From Aquirufa sp. (lineage in GTDB: Bacteria > Bacteroidota > Bacteroidia > Cytophagales > Spirosomataceae), in NCBI GenBank assembly GCA_046073945.1, contig JBJTNH010000100.1, forward strand, positions 4,569-68,568: 64,000 nt of DNA. Direction: 5' to 3'. The translations under genes were made by a program, and so were the position numbers. The notes beneath the pieces were generated by a model. It searched no databases. It was not told the DNA's origin and saw nothing but the letters and a program-made list of their open reading frames with translations. Shown in pieces: positions 50,447 through 58,520 of the stretch (position 1 is the first letter of the stretch; each line of letters begins with the position of its first letter).

Positions 50447-53440
50447 TCATTTACCTTTTATAAATGCAACTAAATCTGCCATGTCTTGCAATTTAATGTT
50501 CGCTTCTAAACCATTTGGCATGGCAGATAATTTGGCAGACAATCTTGATTTTATTTGATATTTTTCAATCAAAGTAGTCACACCTCCCATCTGTTTTAAA
50601 CTCAATGAGTTATCATTTTCAGAGGTAATAATGCCCGACAATTTGGTACCATCTTTTAATACAAGCTCCCAATTGCCATATTTATCGGCAATTGAATTAT
50701 TAGGATTAATGATTTCCGTGATAATTGACAAAGCATTTCTACTTTTTAACGTAGATAAATCAGGTCCAAAAGAAATACCACCTACACCAGCAATTTGATG
50801 GCAAACGGTGCAATTGACTTTAAAAATTTCTTTTCCTTTGGCTGCATTTCCGGCCATTTCAGCGGCAGGTAAATAATTTTGTAAAATGGCTTTTCTGTCT
50901 TCACTAATGGCCAAAACCTCTCGTGCTAATTTACGAACCACGGCATCATCGGAATTCATTAATTCCACAATCTGTGGCCAAGCTAAATCTGCTCTTGGAA
51001 TATTTTTATTGGCAACTTCTTTCAATAAAGTGGTCATATAATTCAAATGAACCACCATATAATTGATCCAAGCCTTCCGAGAAGGCATGTTCATTTGTTG
51101 ATATACTTGATTGATTTTTTTCAAATCAGTTGAACCTAATTGACTTGGCAAGGCTTTAATGGAGGCCAACTGAATCGACTCACTAGGTTTTGTAACAATG
51201 AATGAGACCAATTGTTGATTGAATTTTGGATCTTTTTGAAGGGTCAAAATAGCCAAAGCATCTTCCTGAAAAAGGGCATCTTTGCTGGCTAAAAATTGGG
51301 TATAAACTTGTTTGAAAAAAGGGGAATTTTGTGGAATTCCCGTCAATTTAAAGGTCTCGATAATCGCCTTACGCATTTTGCTGGAAGGCGCAATTAAAAA
51401 CGACTGAGCTAAGGCATTTTTTTGAGGTTCAGTTAATTGCACTTTATGTTCGGCATAAGCAGCATAAGTAGCTAAACCTTTCAACAATGCCGCTTGCCAC
51501 CAATCATTTCCAACAAGATTATCTGAAGTCAATGACAAAAAGCTTAAGTCATTTTTCTTCAATAAAGCAGCAGACAAATAAGCAAAGAAATTCTCTTTTC
51601 CATCACTTGGTTTTGCACCAAAATTAGCGATAGCACTCTTTAATAAATCTAATTCTGTCCCTTTGGAAGCCGCAATGGCAGCCACTCCTACCCAATGATC
51701 ATCAATATCTTGATTGACAATTTTACTTCTTAATGAAGCAACTTCAGGGAAATTGAAAAATCCAGAAGAACATAACCATTGAAAACGCACTCGCGCAGAG
51801 GGATCATCAGCGACTTTCACGATAGAAGCTTTCAAGCTTGGATCTTGAGCAAAAGCAGGGCGATTCATTAACAAATCAGCTACTTTAAGCGCATTTTCTC
51901 TTACTCCTTCTGTTTCATTGGCTAAAGCATTGGATAAATCTTTGGTAGAAATTTGATTGAAATCCTTCAATAACCAAAGTGCAGGAATACTCGCTTCAGC
52001 TTCTTTTTTTTCCAATATTTGATGCAAAGATTCAGCTACAGAAACATCTTTTCTTTGATACAATAAACGCTGCGCTGTTTTGCGATACCAGCCATTTTCT
52101 GATCGTAAAAGTTCTACTAATTTATCTGATTTTTCAGCAGACAATTTCAATTCATTCATCCAATCGAACCCTTTGGCGCCTTTCTTGGTGATTCTGTAAA
52201 TCCGACCTTTGGTTTTTCCATTGTACAAAGCCCCACTTTTATTAACCTCATCCGACATCCATTCTGGATGTTCAATCAATTGACGATAATAATCCACGAC
52301 GTACAAGGCACCATCGGGACCCACATAAAAATTAACTGGCCTAAACCAAGGATCCTTTGAGGCTAAAAATTCCTTTTTCTCCAGTAAACGGGAACCTTTG
52401 AAGGTTGCGCCATTTGAGTTAATAATATCAGCATGCACCAAATTATGTACTGGCTCTCCGACAAAAGTGACTTTGGAGAAATCCTTTCCAAAAGCACCGC
52501 CATCGTACCAAGTAATCCCGCAAGAGGAAGTAACAACGCCCACATCTGTCAACAATTGATGATTCGGGTTTTCAGAAATGGGGTAAACCTCGCAGGCATC
52601 GCCATGATCTGGAATTTTTTCCATCGCTTCAGGAATAACCAAATTGGGATTCATACTAGTGTAGCGCGCGTCGATAACCTCATGAAAAAGATGATCCGCA
52701 TTATCTGTATAAAAATGATGTCCCCATGGATCAAATGTGTGCCCATATTGAGTCTCGCCTGACATGGATTCCAATCCAAAAACATCTGGCTTGAATCGCA
52801 CGTTTCGGCCATTTCCATTTTTAGCTAATTGAGGGGCTTTTGCATTACTTGGGTAACGAATATCACTTCCCTTGTCCCCAAATAAATACTCATAGGCGAA
52901 AGAATTAATTGACCCTGAGTGACCAAGATAGATCCAATTATCAAGACCAAATTTGGGTGTATTCATGTTATGTTGAGGATTTGACAAGGAAAAACCTGTC
53001 AAAACCACCTCCCTTTTATCCGCTTTATTATCGCCATTGGTATCTTCAAAATAGAGAATATTGGGTGCGTCTGCCACAATAATTCCTTTTTTCCATTTCA
53101 TGATTCCCATGGGGAGCGTCAATGAATCGACAAAAATTTCCGATTTATCGGGAAGTCCATCCTTGTTGGTATCTATTAATTTTCGAACTTGACCCGTCTT
53201 ACTTAAATCCAAAGGATAACCTGGCATTTCTAGTACATACCAATTTCCATCTTCATCAATTTCCATGGCAACAGGGTCGGCAATAAGCGGCTCCGCAGCG
53301 ACCATTTGTATGTCAAATCCTTCCATAATTTGGAAGTCTTGCATGGCTTTTTGATGCTCTTTGGACAATAATGGAGCATTTTTTTTCTCTGGCGTGCAAG
53401 CATACATCACTAGTACGACTAGCAGTAGTAGATAGCGCAT
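50447..53440 (-). CDS. PVC-type membrane-bound dehydrogenase-like lipoprotein with CxxCH cytochrome c domain
   Basis: Start at ATG 53440 (MRYLLL..MYAC lipobox). AAEPLIADPVAM, DTNKDG..D, WFRPVN..GPDGALYVVDYYR, HEAT repeats, CTVCH, GPDLS and SAMP.GLE. Confidence 0.9.
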   Translation of the reverse strand: MRYLLLLVVLVMYACTPEKKNAPLLSKEHQKAMQDFQIMEGFDIQMVAAEPLIADPVAMEIDEDGNWYVLEMPGYPLDLSKTGQVRKLIDTNKDGLPDKSEIFVDSLTLPMGIMKWKKGIIVADAPNILYFEDTNGDNKADKREVVLTGFSLSNPQHNMNTPKFGLDNWIYLGHSGSINSFAYEYLFGDKGSDIRYPSNAKAPQLAKNGNGRNVRFKPDVFGLESMSGETQYGHTFDPWGHHFYTDNADHLFHEVIDARYTSMNPNLVIPEAMEKIPDHGDACEVYPISENPNHQLLTDVGVVTSSCGITWYDGGAFGKDFSKVTFVGEPVHNLVHADIINSNGATFKGSRLLEKKEFLASKDPWFRPVNFYVGPDGALYVVDYYRQLIEHPEWMSDEVNKSGALYNGKTKGRIYRITKKGAKGFDWMNELKLSAEKSDKLVELLRSENGWYRKTAQRLLYQRKDVSVAESLHQILEKKEAEASIPALWLLKDFNQISTKDLSNALANETEGVRENALKVADLLMNRPAFAQDPSLKASIVKVADDPSARVRFQWLCSSGFFNFPEVASLRSKIVNQDIDDHWVGVAAIAASKGTELDLLKSAIANFGAKPSDGKENFFAYLSAALLKKNDLSFLSLTSDNLVGNDWWQAALLKGLATYAAYAEHKVQLTEPQKNALAQSFLIAPSSKMRKAIIETFKLTGIPQNSPFFKQVYTQFLASKDALFQEDALAILTLQKDPKFNQQLVSFIVTKPSESIQLASIKALPSQLGSTDLKKINQVYQQMNMPSRKAWINYMVVHLNYMTTLLKEVANKNIPRADLAWPQIVELMNSDDAVVRKLAREVLAISEDRKAILQNYLPAAEMAGNAAKGKEIFKVNCTVCHQIAGVGGISFGPDLSTLKSRNALSIITEIINPNNSIADKYGNWELVLKDGTKLSGIITSENDNSLSLKQMGGVTTLIEKYQIKSRLSAKLSAMPNGLEANIKLQDMADLVAFIKGK

Positions 53441-53562
53441 TTTCAAAATTTTTATAGGTTTAGAATTGCAAGTTAAAAGAAATTTTATCAAATCTTTTTT
53501 TCATCAAATAAAAAAAGTCCAACAAAAACACTAAATTGAGCAAAATTTGAACCTATTAAACA

Positions 53563-54573
53563 ATGAAAATACTGTATCTACTAGCACTTTTAGTGTTAGC
53601 GAATGGCGCATTCGCGCAAATTGAAAAATCGGAATTTATTTACGAAACAGCTCCTTTCCCTTCTTGTCATGCCTCTACTATAGAAGAAACGCCTACTGGT
53701 TTAGTGGCTGCTTGGTTTGGAGGAACGGAAGAACGCCATAAAGATGTGGGAATCTGGGTAAGTAGAATGGAAGGCGGCAAATGGACAGCTCCCGTGGAAG
53801 TGGCAAATGGTGTTCAAAACAAAGATATTCGTTATCCTACTTGGAATCCTGTGTTATTTCAAATGCCACAAGGAGAATTATTGCTTTTTTACAAAGTAGG
53901 TCCAACGCCCAGAGATTGGTGGGGAATGATGCGCCGTTCTAATGATGGAGGAAAAACCTGGTCTAACGCAGAAGTTTTACCAGAAGGCATTTTAGGGCCC
54001 ATTAAAAATAAACCCGTTTTATTAAAAGACGGCACCTTATTATGTCCAACTAGTTCAGAAGATAATGGATGGAGAGTCCATTTTGAAATGACCAAAGATG
54101 GAGGAAGAACTTGGTCTAGAACCGATGCCATCAATGATGGGAAAGAATTTTCGGCCATTCAACCGAGTGTCTTATTTCTAAAAGATGGTCGTTTACAAAT
54201 CTTATGTAGAAGTAAAAATGGAAATGTTTTAGAGGCATTTTCAAAAGATCAAGGAAAAACTTGGTCCGCGTTGAAAGCAACTACTTTGCCAAACCCGAAT
54301 TCTGGAACAGATGCGGTTACTTTAAAAGATGGCAGACAAGTATTGGTGTACAATCATGTAACCAAAGAATCCAGAGAATGGGGAGGAAATCGTTCTCCAT
54401 TAAATGTGGTTATTTCAGAGGATGGACAAACCTGGAAAGAAATTGCTGTTTTGGAAAACACACCCAAAGCTGAATTCTCCTATCCAGCTGTTATTCAAAG
54501 CAAGGATGGGAAAATCCACATCACCTACACTTGGAAAAGAGAAAAAATCAAGCACGTTGTAATCAAATTATAA
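53563..54573 (+). CDS. BNR/Asp-box sialidase-fold protein (non-canonical GH33-like)
   Basis: Signal peptide. Asp boxes SNDGGKTW, TKDGGRTW, SKDQGKTW and SEDGQTW, plus R.PL and FSYP. SCHAS stands where FRIP normally is. Confidence 0.85.
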   Translation: MKILYLLALLVLANGAFAQIEKSEFIYETAPFPSCHASTIEETPTGLVAAWFGGTEERHKDVGIWVSRMEGGKWTAPVEVANGVQNKDIRYPTWNPVLFQMPQGELLLFYKVGPTPRDWWGMMRRSNDGGKTWSNAEVLPEGILGPIKNKPVLLKDGTLLCPTSSEDNGWRVHFEMTKDGGRTWSRTDAINDGKEFSAIQPSVLFLKDGRLQILCRSKNGNVLEAFSKDQGKTWSALKATTLPNPNSGTDAVTLKDGRQVLVYNHVTKESREWGGNRSPLNVVISEDGQTWKEIAVLENTPKAEFSYPAVIQSKDGKIHITYTWKREKIKHVVIKL

Positions 54574-54574
54574 T

Positions 54575-56080
54575 ATGGAATTACCCATTCTTGATTTAAG
54601 TATCATTGTCATTTACCTACTCTGTATGGTAGGAATTGGAATTTATTTTTCCAGGAAAAATAGTAGTTCCGAGCAATTTACAACAGCCTCTGGGCAAATC
54701 CCAGGTTGGGCATTGGGACTTAGTTTCTATGCCACCTTTTTAAGTGCGATCACTTTTTTGGGTGATCCAGGAAAATCATTTGGAAGTAATTGGAATCCTT
54801 TTGCATTTAGTCTTTCTATCCCATTTGCCGCTTGGGTTTCTACCAAATATTTTGTCCCTTTTTACCGAAATAGTGGCGAAATAAGCGCCTATACACATCT
54901 AGAAAAAAGATTTGGATCTTGGGCAAGAACCTACGCGATGTTGTGTTTTATCATGACACAATTAGCCAGAATGGGGACTATTTTTTATGGTATAGCGCTT
55001 ACTATCAATGCATTAACTGGCATCGACATGCGTTTAATCATCATCGTTTCGGGATGCTGTATTATTTTTTACACGGTTCTTGGCGGTATGGAAGCCGTGA
55101 TTTGGACAGAAGTGATTCAAGCTATTCTAAAAACTTGCGGTGCCTTAATGATCATTGGAATTATTTTATACCAAACAGGTATTAGCAAAGTCATTGAAAT
55201 TGGAGTTCGAGATGATAAGTTCAGTTTAGGAAGTTTTCAGCCAGATTTTAGTACGAGTTCCGTGTGGGTCGTTTTGCTGTATGGTTTTTTTATCAATCTG
55301 ACCAATTTTGGTATTGACCAAAACTATATTCAACGCTATCACACTGCTCAAGATGCCAAGGCTGCTGCCAAAAGCATTTGGTTATGTGTCATGTATTTTG
55401 TGCCCGTTTCCTTTTTGTTTTTCTTTATCGGAACAGCGCTTTATACTTTTTACATGGAAAACCCCGCTTTAATTTTGGAATTAAAACAACAAGTTTCCAT
55501 CGAAAAAAACATTGCGATAGATGCTTTGCTCCCTTCTGATTATGGCGACCGTGTGTTACCGTTTTTCATGAAAACACAAATTCCCAAAGGATTTTTAGGC
55601 TTATTGATGGCAGCCTTGTTATCTGCAGCTATGAGTACCATGAGCAGCGGAATGAACAGTTCAGCAACTGTTTTTTTAAAAGACATATATTTGAGATACA
55701 TCCAAAAAGACCTTCCTGCCAAAAAGCAATTAACCGTTTTACATATTGCTACCATCGTCATGGGTTTATTGGGGATTACTTTTGGTATCAGCATGATTGG
55801 GGTTAAAAGTTTATTGGATGTTTGGTGGAAGTTATCTGGAATTTTTGCGGGAGGAATGCTCGGAATCTTTCTGATGGGTTTTTTATCCAAAAATGTGCAA
55901 AATTTTGCCGCAAAAATTGCCGCGATTGCTGGAGTAATCATTATCGCATGGATATCATTTAAAGATAGTCTACCGGAATATTTAAAGAGTCCTTTTGATT
56001 CAAAAATGACAGTGGTCATCGGCACGATTTCCATCGTTCTGATGGGCACAATTATTCAAAAATTAAAAAGTAAATCGTAA
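54575..56080 (+). CDS. Sodium:solute symporter (SiaT-like sugar-acid SSS)
   Basis: Motifs ATFLSAITFLG.PG, SAY..LE.RF, GGMEAVIWT, DQNYIQRY and AAMST.SS..NS. Confidence 0.92.
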   Translation: MELPILDLSIIVIYLLCMVGIGIYFSRKNSSSEQFTTASGQIPGWALGLSFYATFLSAITFLGDPGKSFGSNWNPFAFSLSIPFAAWVSTKYFVPFYRNSGEISAYTHLEKRFGSWARTYAMLCFIMTQLARMGTIFYGIALTINALTGIDMRLIIIVSGCCIIFYTVLGGMEAVIWTEVIQAILKTCGALMIIGIILYQTGISKVIEIGVRDDKFSLGSFQPDFSTSSVWVVLLYGFFINLTNFGIDQNYIQRYHTAQDAKAAAKSIWLCVMYFVPVSFLFFFIGTALYTFYMENPALILELKQQVSIEKNIAIDALLPSDYGDRVLPFFMKTQIPKGFLGLLMAALLSAAMSTMSSGMNSSATVFLKDIYLRYIQKDLPAKKQLTVLHIATIVMGLLGITFGISMIGVKSLLDVWWKLSGIFAGGMLGIFLMGFLSKNVQNFAAKIAAIAGVIIIAWISFKDSLPEYLKSPFDSKMTVVIGTISIVLMGTIIQKLKSKS

Positions 56081-56081
56081 A

Positions 56082-57023
56082 ATGATGCAACAAAAATTAC
56101 CGAAAGGCTTTGTACCTGTAATGATAAGCTCTTTCAATGATGATTTAACATTGGATTTGGATGGAATCGCTCGATTAACGGAAATGTATATTCAGGCGGG
56201 AGCAGTAGGTTTATTTGCCAATTGTTTATCCAGTGAAATGTATGAATTGAGTCGGGAAGAAAGAATACAATTAATAGATACCGTTGTTAAAGCAGCCAAA
56301 GGACGAGTACCCGTTGTTGCCACGGGAACATTGGAAGGAAGCATTGAAGACATGGCTCAATTCTCCAAAGAAATTTATGCACTAGGAATTCAAGCCGTAA
56401 TCATTTTAAACAACCAAATGGTCAAAGAAAATGAGTCGGATGCCTTATTTTTAGAACACATGCATCATTACATGGAACTAACTCCAGGTATTCCATTTGG
56501 AATATATGAATGCCCTTCTCCTTATAAAAGATTGATTAGTCCTGAAGTTTTAGAAGATTTATTACCTTCTGGCCGATTGGTTTATCACAAAGATACTTCA
56601 CTTGATTTTACCAAAGTAGCCAATCGAATTAGGATGGCTCAAGGGTATAATTTTGGTTTATACGATGCTTATATGGGTCATGCAGTGGCTGTTTTAAAAG
56701 CTGGAGCAATGGGATTATCCTGCATTCAAGGAAATTATTTCCCTGAATTGATCGTTTGGCTTTGTCAAAATTTCAACCAAGTTGGAAAGGAAAAACAAGT
56801 AGAGGAGGTTCAAAAATTCTTTTTAGACAACATGGATGTTATGCATGATGTATATCCAACAAGTGCAAAATACGCCTTGCAAAAAAGAGGATTTAAAATC
56901 AATCTCGCTACTCGAAGAGCAGTGGGTACTTTAACAGAAAAACAAACAAAAAACATCGACAAGCTTTTATTAGACTATTCGAGATTGTCGATGGTGGAGG
57001 GAATTGGATTAGGTAAGAGGTAA
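56082..57023 (+). CDS. DHDPS/N-acetylneuraminate-lyase-family aldolase
   Basis: TIM-barrel pattern GFVPVM, CLSSEM..LS.EER, GRVPVVA, catalytic-Tyr candidate IYECP and Schiff-base Lys candidate YHKDTS. Confidence 0.88.
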   Translation: MMQQKLPKGFVPVMISSFNDDLTLDLDGIARLTEMYIQAGAVGLFANCLSSEMYELSREERIQLIDTVVKAAKGRVPVVATGTLEGSIEDMAQFSKEIYALGIQAVIILNNQMVKENESDALFLEHMHHYMELTPGIPFGIYECPSPYKRLISPEVLEDLLPSGRLVYHKDTSLDFTKVANRIRMAQGYNFGLYDAYMGHAVAVLKAGAMGLSCIQGNYFPELIVWLCQNFNQVGKEKQVEEVQKFFLDNMDVMHDVYPTSAKYALQKRGFKINLATRRAVGTLTEKQTKNIDKLLLDYSRLSMVEGIGLGKR

Positions 57024-57052
57024 GAGGTTTTTCTCTTTTCTCTTTTCTCTTT
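57011..57052 (+). repeat. (AGGTAAG)x2 + (TTTTCTC)x3 heptamer element overlapping the aldolase stop
   Basis: The stop TAA (57021-57023) lies within the second unit. Confidence 0.85.
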
Positions 57053-57065
57053 AATAATATAAAGT

Positions 57066-58322
57066 ATGAACATCAAAGCAATTCTTCTTGTAGCAATGTC
57101 TTTAGCGACTGCATGGGCGGTGCGGGGACAATTTGGTCATGAGCATGGAGCGGCATGGGCGGGCTCTATTGGGTCCATCAGTATTTTATTGTTAGCAAAT
57201 CGCAAAGATTGGACGGCAAAAGCATTTCGAATCATTTTGGCAGGAGCATTGGGATGGGGAATTGGAGGAGTGATGAGCTATGGATTGGTGGTTGGATATG
57301 GAAGAGGGACTGATTTTGTCAATGTCTATTATGGATTAGCCTGTTTATTTATCATTGGAGGATTATATGGATTTATCGGAGGCGGATTATTTGGCTTAGC
57401 ATTGAACGATTCGAAAAAGAATCCCATTCCTTGGTCCACATTATTGGTAGAAATGGTTGTGGGAGCTTTACTCTTTTATTTTTTCATCATTGTCCAATTC
57501 GAGTTTTTGATGACACCACCTAGGGATGAATCTTGGGCAGGAGTGCTTGGATTGGCTACCGCATTGACTTGGTTTTTATTTCGTACACAGCAATGGAAAG
57601 CATTAAGAGTAGCATTATTTGCAGGATTGGGCGGAGGATTCGGATTTGCTTTTGGAAATTTCCTGCAGGTACTGGGGACGGTTTCTGAAATTAAATTCAA
57701 TTTTTGGAATGTCATGGAATATTCATTGGGATTTTTCGGTGGAATCGGAATGGCCTACGGAACATTTACATCCAAATGGGAAGATAGCAGTGAGGAAGAT
57801 ATTCCAAATCAATGGCCAGCCATCCTTTTACTAACATTAATTATTCCATTCATCATGTGGCAACAAAATTTCCGCATGGATCGCTTAAGTGAAACAGTTG
57901 GCGCATTGAATTTTTCAGATGCTGAAGCTATTGTTTTATCTCTGAGATGGGACAGTTTATTTCTTATTTTGGCAGCAAGTATGTATTGGATCTACACTTA
58001 TTCCAAATCAAATCGATTGGAGTATCCCACCTTAAAACAATTTTTTATTGCTCATTTTGGATTATATATCTTTTTAAGTTTACTGGTTACATCTGCTATT
58101 TTAAGTACATACCGCATTGAGCAATACTTATATATTGTCAATTTTGGTATTATATTATTCTTGCTCAAAGACACGCAGGTTGTATTTTCATCGAAAGAGT
58201 TGGATTGGAAAAAATATGCTAGAAACTTAGTCTTCGTTTTTTTAATCATCGCTGCCTTGGCATTGATTGCTAGTTATTCTCATGGAGAACTAAAAGGAGC
58301 GCATAGCAGATTTGATATATGA
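57066..58322 (+). CDS. Glycine-rich multi-pass membrane protein of unknown function
   Basis: Many hydrophobic helices with short polar motifs WAVRGQFGHEHGA, MSYG, MTPPR.E.W and WNVMEY. Confidence 0.8.
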   Translation: MNIKAILLVAMSLATAWAVRGQFGHEHGAAWAGSIGSISILLLANRKDWTAKAFRIILAGALGWGIGGVMSYGLVVGYGRGTDFVNVYYGLACLFIIGGLYGFIGGGLFGLALNDSKKNPIPWSTLLVEMVVGALLFYFFIIVQFEFLMTPPRDESWAGVLGLATALTWFLFRTQQWKALRVALFAGLGGGFGFAFGNFLQVLGTVSEIKFNFWNVMEYSLGFFGGIGMAYGTFTSKWEDSSEEDIPNQWPAILLLTLIIPFIMWQQNFRMDRLSETVGALNFSDAEAIVLSLRWDSLFLILAASMYWIYTYSKSNRLEYPTLKQFFIAHFGLYIFLSLLVTSAILSTYRIEQYLYIVNFGIILFLLKDTQVVFSSKELDWKKYARNLVFVFLIIAALALIASYSHGELKGAHSRFDI

Positions 58323-58520
58323 TGTATGATGTATGATGTATGATGTATGATGCATGATGCATGATGCATGATTAGAATACGCGCTCAGCTGTGCTGAGTG
58401 TGTATTATGATTAGAACTTTTAGTTCTGAAAACTCATATCCTGCATACTATGAGACTTTTAGTCCTTAAAAGAGAAAAAGAAGATAGATTCATACATCTT
58501 ACATCATACATCTTACATCA
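58313..58520. repeat. Composite intergenic element: (TGATGYA)x7 - REP-like hairpin - inverted (WGATGTA)x4
   Basis: TGATGTA x4 plus TGATGCA x3 at 58320-58368. Hairpin AATACGCGCTCAGC-TGT-GCTGAGTGTGTATT at 58376-58406. Reverse-strand heptamers at 58490-58520. Confidence 0.9.

Noticed and set aside
53563-57023. Standard nanH-nanT-nanA sialic acid operon
   Set aside because: The FRIP and G(T/S)TGE motifs are missing and no ManNAc-processing genes are adjacent, so nan symbols are not assigned.
58320-58368. Possible CRISPR array in the tandem repeats (also 3137-3222 and 15749-15831)
   Set aside because: The units are 7 nt with no unique spacers, and there are no cas genes in the window.
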